DNA of 64,000 nt from Eledone cirrhosa (taxonomy: Eukaryota): the NCBI GenBank assembly GCA_964016885.1, contig OZ024743.1, positions 351,292,001 to 351,356,000 of the forward strand, given 5' to 3'. Positions 62,274 to 64,000 of this stretch are shown piece by piece (positions within the stretch are counted from its first letter, which is position 1; every line of letters starts with the position of its first letter). The position numbers and the translations under genes were made by a program. Below the pieces are notes generated by a model that worked only from the letters and a program-made list of their open reading frames with translations, had not been told where the DNA came from and did not search any database.

Positions 62274-64000
62274 CATGTATGTATGTATCTATATATATAT
62301 GTATGTGTGTGTATGCATATATGTATATTTACATACAATATACATACATTTATACACGTCACAAAATGATAAAGAAGAAATACGCCTAGCTTCCCAATAT
62401 TGCTTGCGTATTCTTTACATTACGATATTTACAACAATACTAGTTAATATAATTATAATTATGATAATTATTAATATTACTACTATTGTTATTATGTATT
62501 ATTACTGTGTTTTTATTACTTATTAATATTTTATCGTTATTATTATTGTTATTGTTATTGTTATAAATATATCATTATAATGATTCCCTTTTAACAACGC
62601 GAGCACCAAGCTATGTTTCGAGCAGTTTGATGGCAGTGGTGGGACACTCCAGATATTTGTCACCAGCTCCGACGAGCTCCCGACTGTCGAATAGCAAGAA
62701 AGTCAATGAAGAAAATGGTGGTAGTGGTGATAAGATGTCGACGAGATATAAGGCGCGACGGAGAAAGGGGAAATAACTCTCTTGCGAAGACAGTGGAGGC
62801 GGCGGGTGCTGTGGTGGTAGTAACGGCGACGGCGAACACAACTATAAAGTGAACTTGAAACAATATGTGTAATTACAATTAATTATAACTAATTATAATT
62901 AATTTTTAATTAATAAACGGGAAAAACAAAAAAAAATGCAAGGAACTATATCATCAACATCGGCATCAAACACACACAACGATGATGCAGTTGTTTAGAT
63001 ACAACAGCAACAGTAGCAACAACAACCTTTACAACAGCGATACAGGTTTTTAGTTTCTGCTGCAACAACAGCAACACCAATTTCTGCAATAATTCAGCTG
63101 ATCAGCAACATCGACATCAGCAACAGCAACATAGCTTGTTGCAGAAATGATGCAGTGATTTAGTACTGCAGCCACAACACTAGAATCAACTGTGATAGAA
63201 GCAGCGAATGCGGTATGAACACATACTGCATTCACTGCTTCTATCACTGTTTTAGCAACACAGAAGCTATACCAGTAATTTAAAATCAAAGAAACAAACA
63301 ACAACAACAGCTATTTACCTATTATGAGCAACAACGTCAACAACAGTAATAATAGATGCACTTGCTTGCTTGCTTGTTCGCTCGCTTGCTTGCTTGCTTG
63401 GAGTGCAGCACTAGCGTGAGCAATAACCTGTTACTCCTGTGTGCAGTAGTATCGTACAGCTGCAGGAGAAGCAGCATCTGATGCAAAAGTAGCAAGAAGC
63501 AACAACAACAACAGTAACATATAAATTGTACAGAGCAACCAGCAGCAATCAAAATTAGCACAAACAAAAATAAAAACAACTACAGCCATAACTATAATTA
63601 CTTTTGCAACAACAATAACAACGATTACTTAAAGAAAATACTAGAAAAGTAACAATAACATGAACAACAAAACAACAATACCAATAAAAACAGTAATATT
63701 GATAATGACGATAACAACAAAGGCAACACTGGTAAACTTTATATCACATTAGCAACGGTATATAATAATGTAAAACACAGAATCAGTGAAGCAGGGTGAG
63801 TTAGCAACAACCAAAATTACCTCAATACCACAGCTCTACAACACTCACCTCTCAATTACAACAACATATTTTCATACAAATTCTGGTTATTATGTCTCTA
63901 TCGAGCCAACATACAAACTATATTGCAGTCACTTCACTTGCTAGTTATGACAACAAAATCAATACTAAAAGGAAAATGAAGCGGGGATAGTGTTATTACT

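Noticed and set aside
62600-63800. CAG/CAA-rich region resembling poly-Gln coding sequence
   Set aside because: Frequent stops in all frames; degenerate trinucleotide repeats

Overview
Eukaryotic, microsatellite-rich, gene-poor DNA. An abundant tRNA-derived SINE of the form 'GTTCAAATCCCGCCGAGG..TTTGCCTTTCATCC..GGGGTCGATAAAATAAGTACC' suggests an octopod cephalopod; this is inference from my recollection of Octopus repeats. The dominant feature is two head-to-tail arrays (1-19783 and about 28980-36730) holding nine copies of Tx1-type (L1 clade) non-LTR retrotransposons from at least three subfamilies. All copies lie on the minus strand and every junction visible in the window is a (GATA)n tract, which points to a (GATA/TATC)n-microsatellite-targeted family that regenerates its own target. 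One copy (1837-7564) is full length with intact ORF1 and ORF2. The family shows a candidate ~66-69 nt 5'UTR intron, covarying RNA hairpins in both UTRs, no poly(A) tail, and ORF1/ORF2 in the same frame separated by a single stop. The rest of the window contains a degraded R4/Dong-like RLE retrotransposon between (CATA)n tracts, RTE fragments, SINEs, Penelope-like fold-back elements with hammerhead ribozyme motifs, and two coding exons of a Ly6/three-finger (quiver/sleepless-like) host gene. Coordinates were read by eye and may be off by a few bases.
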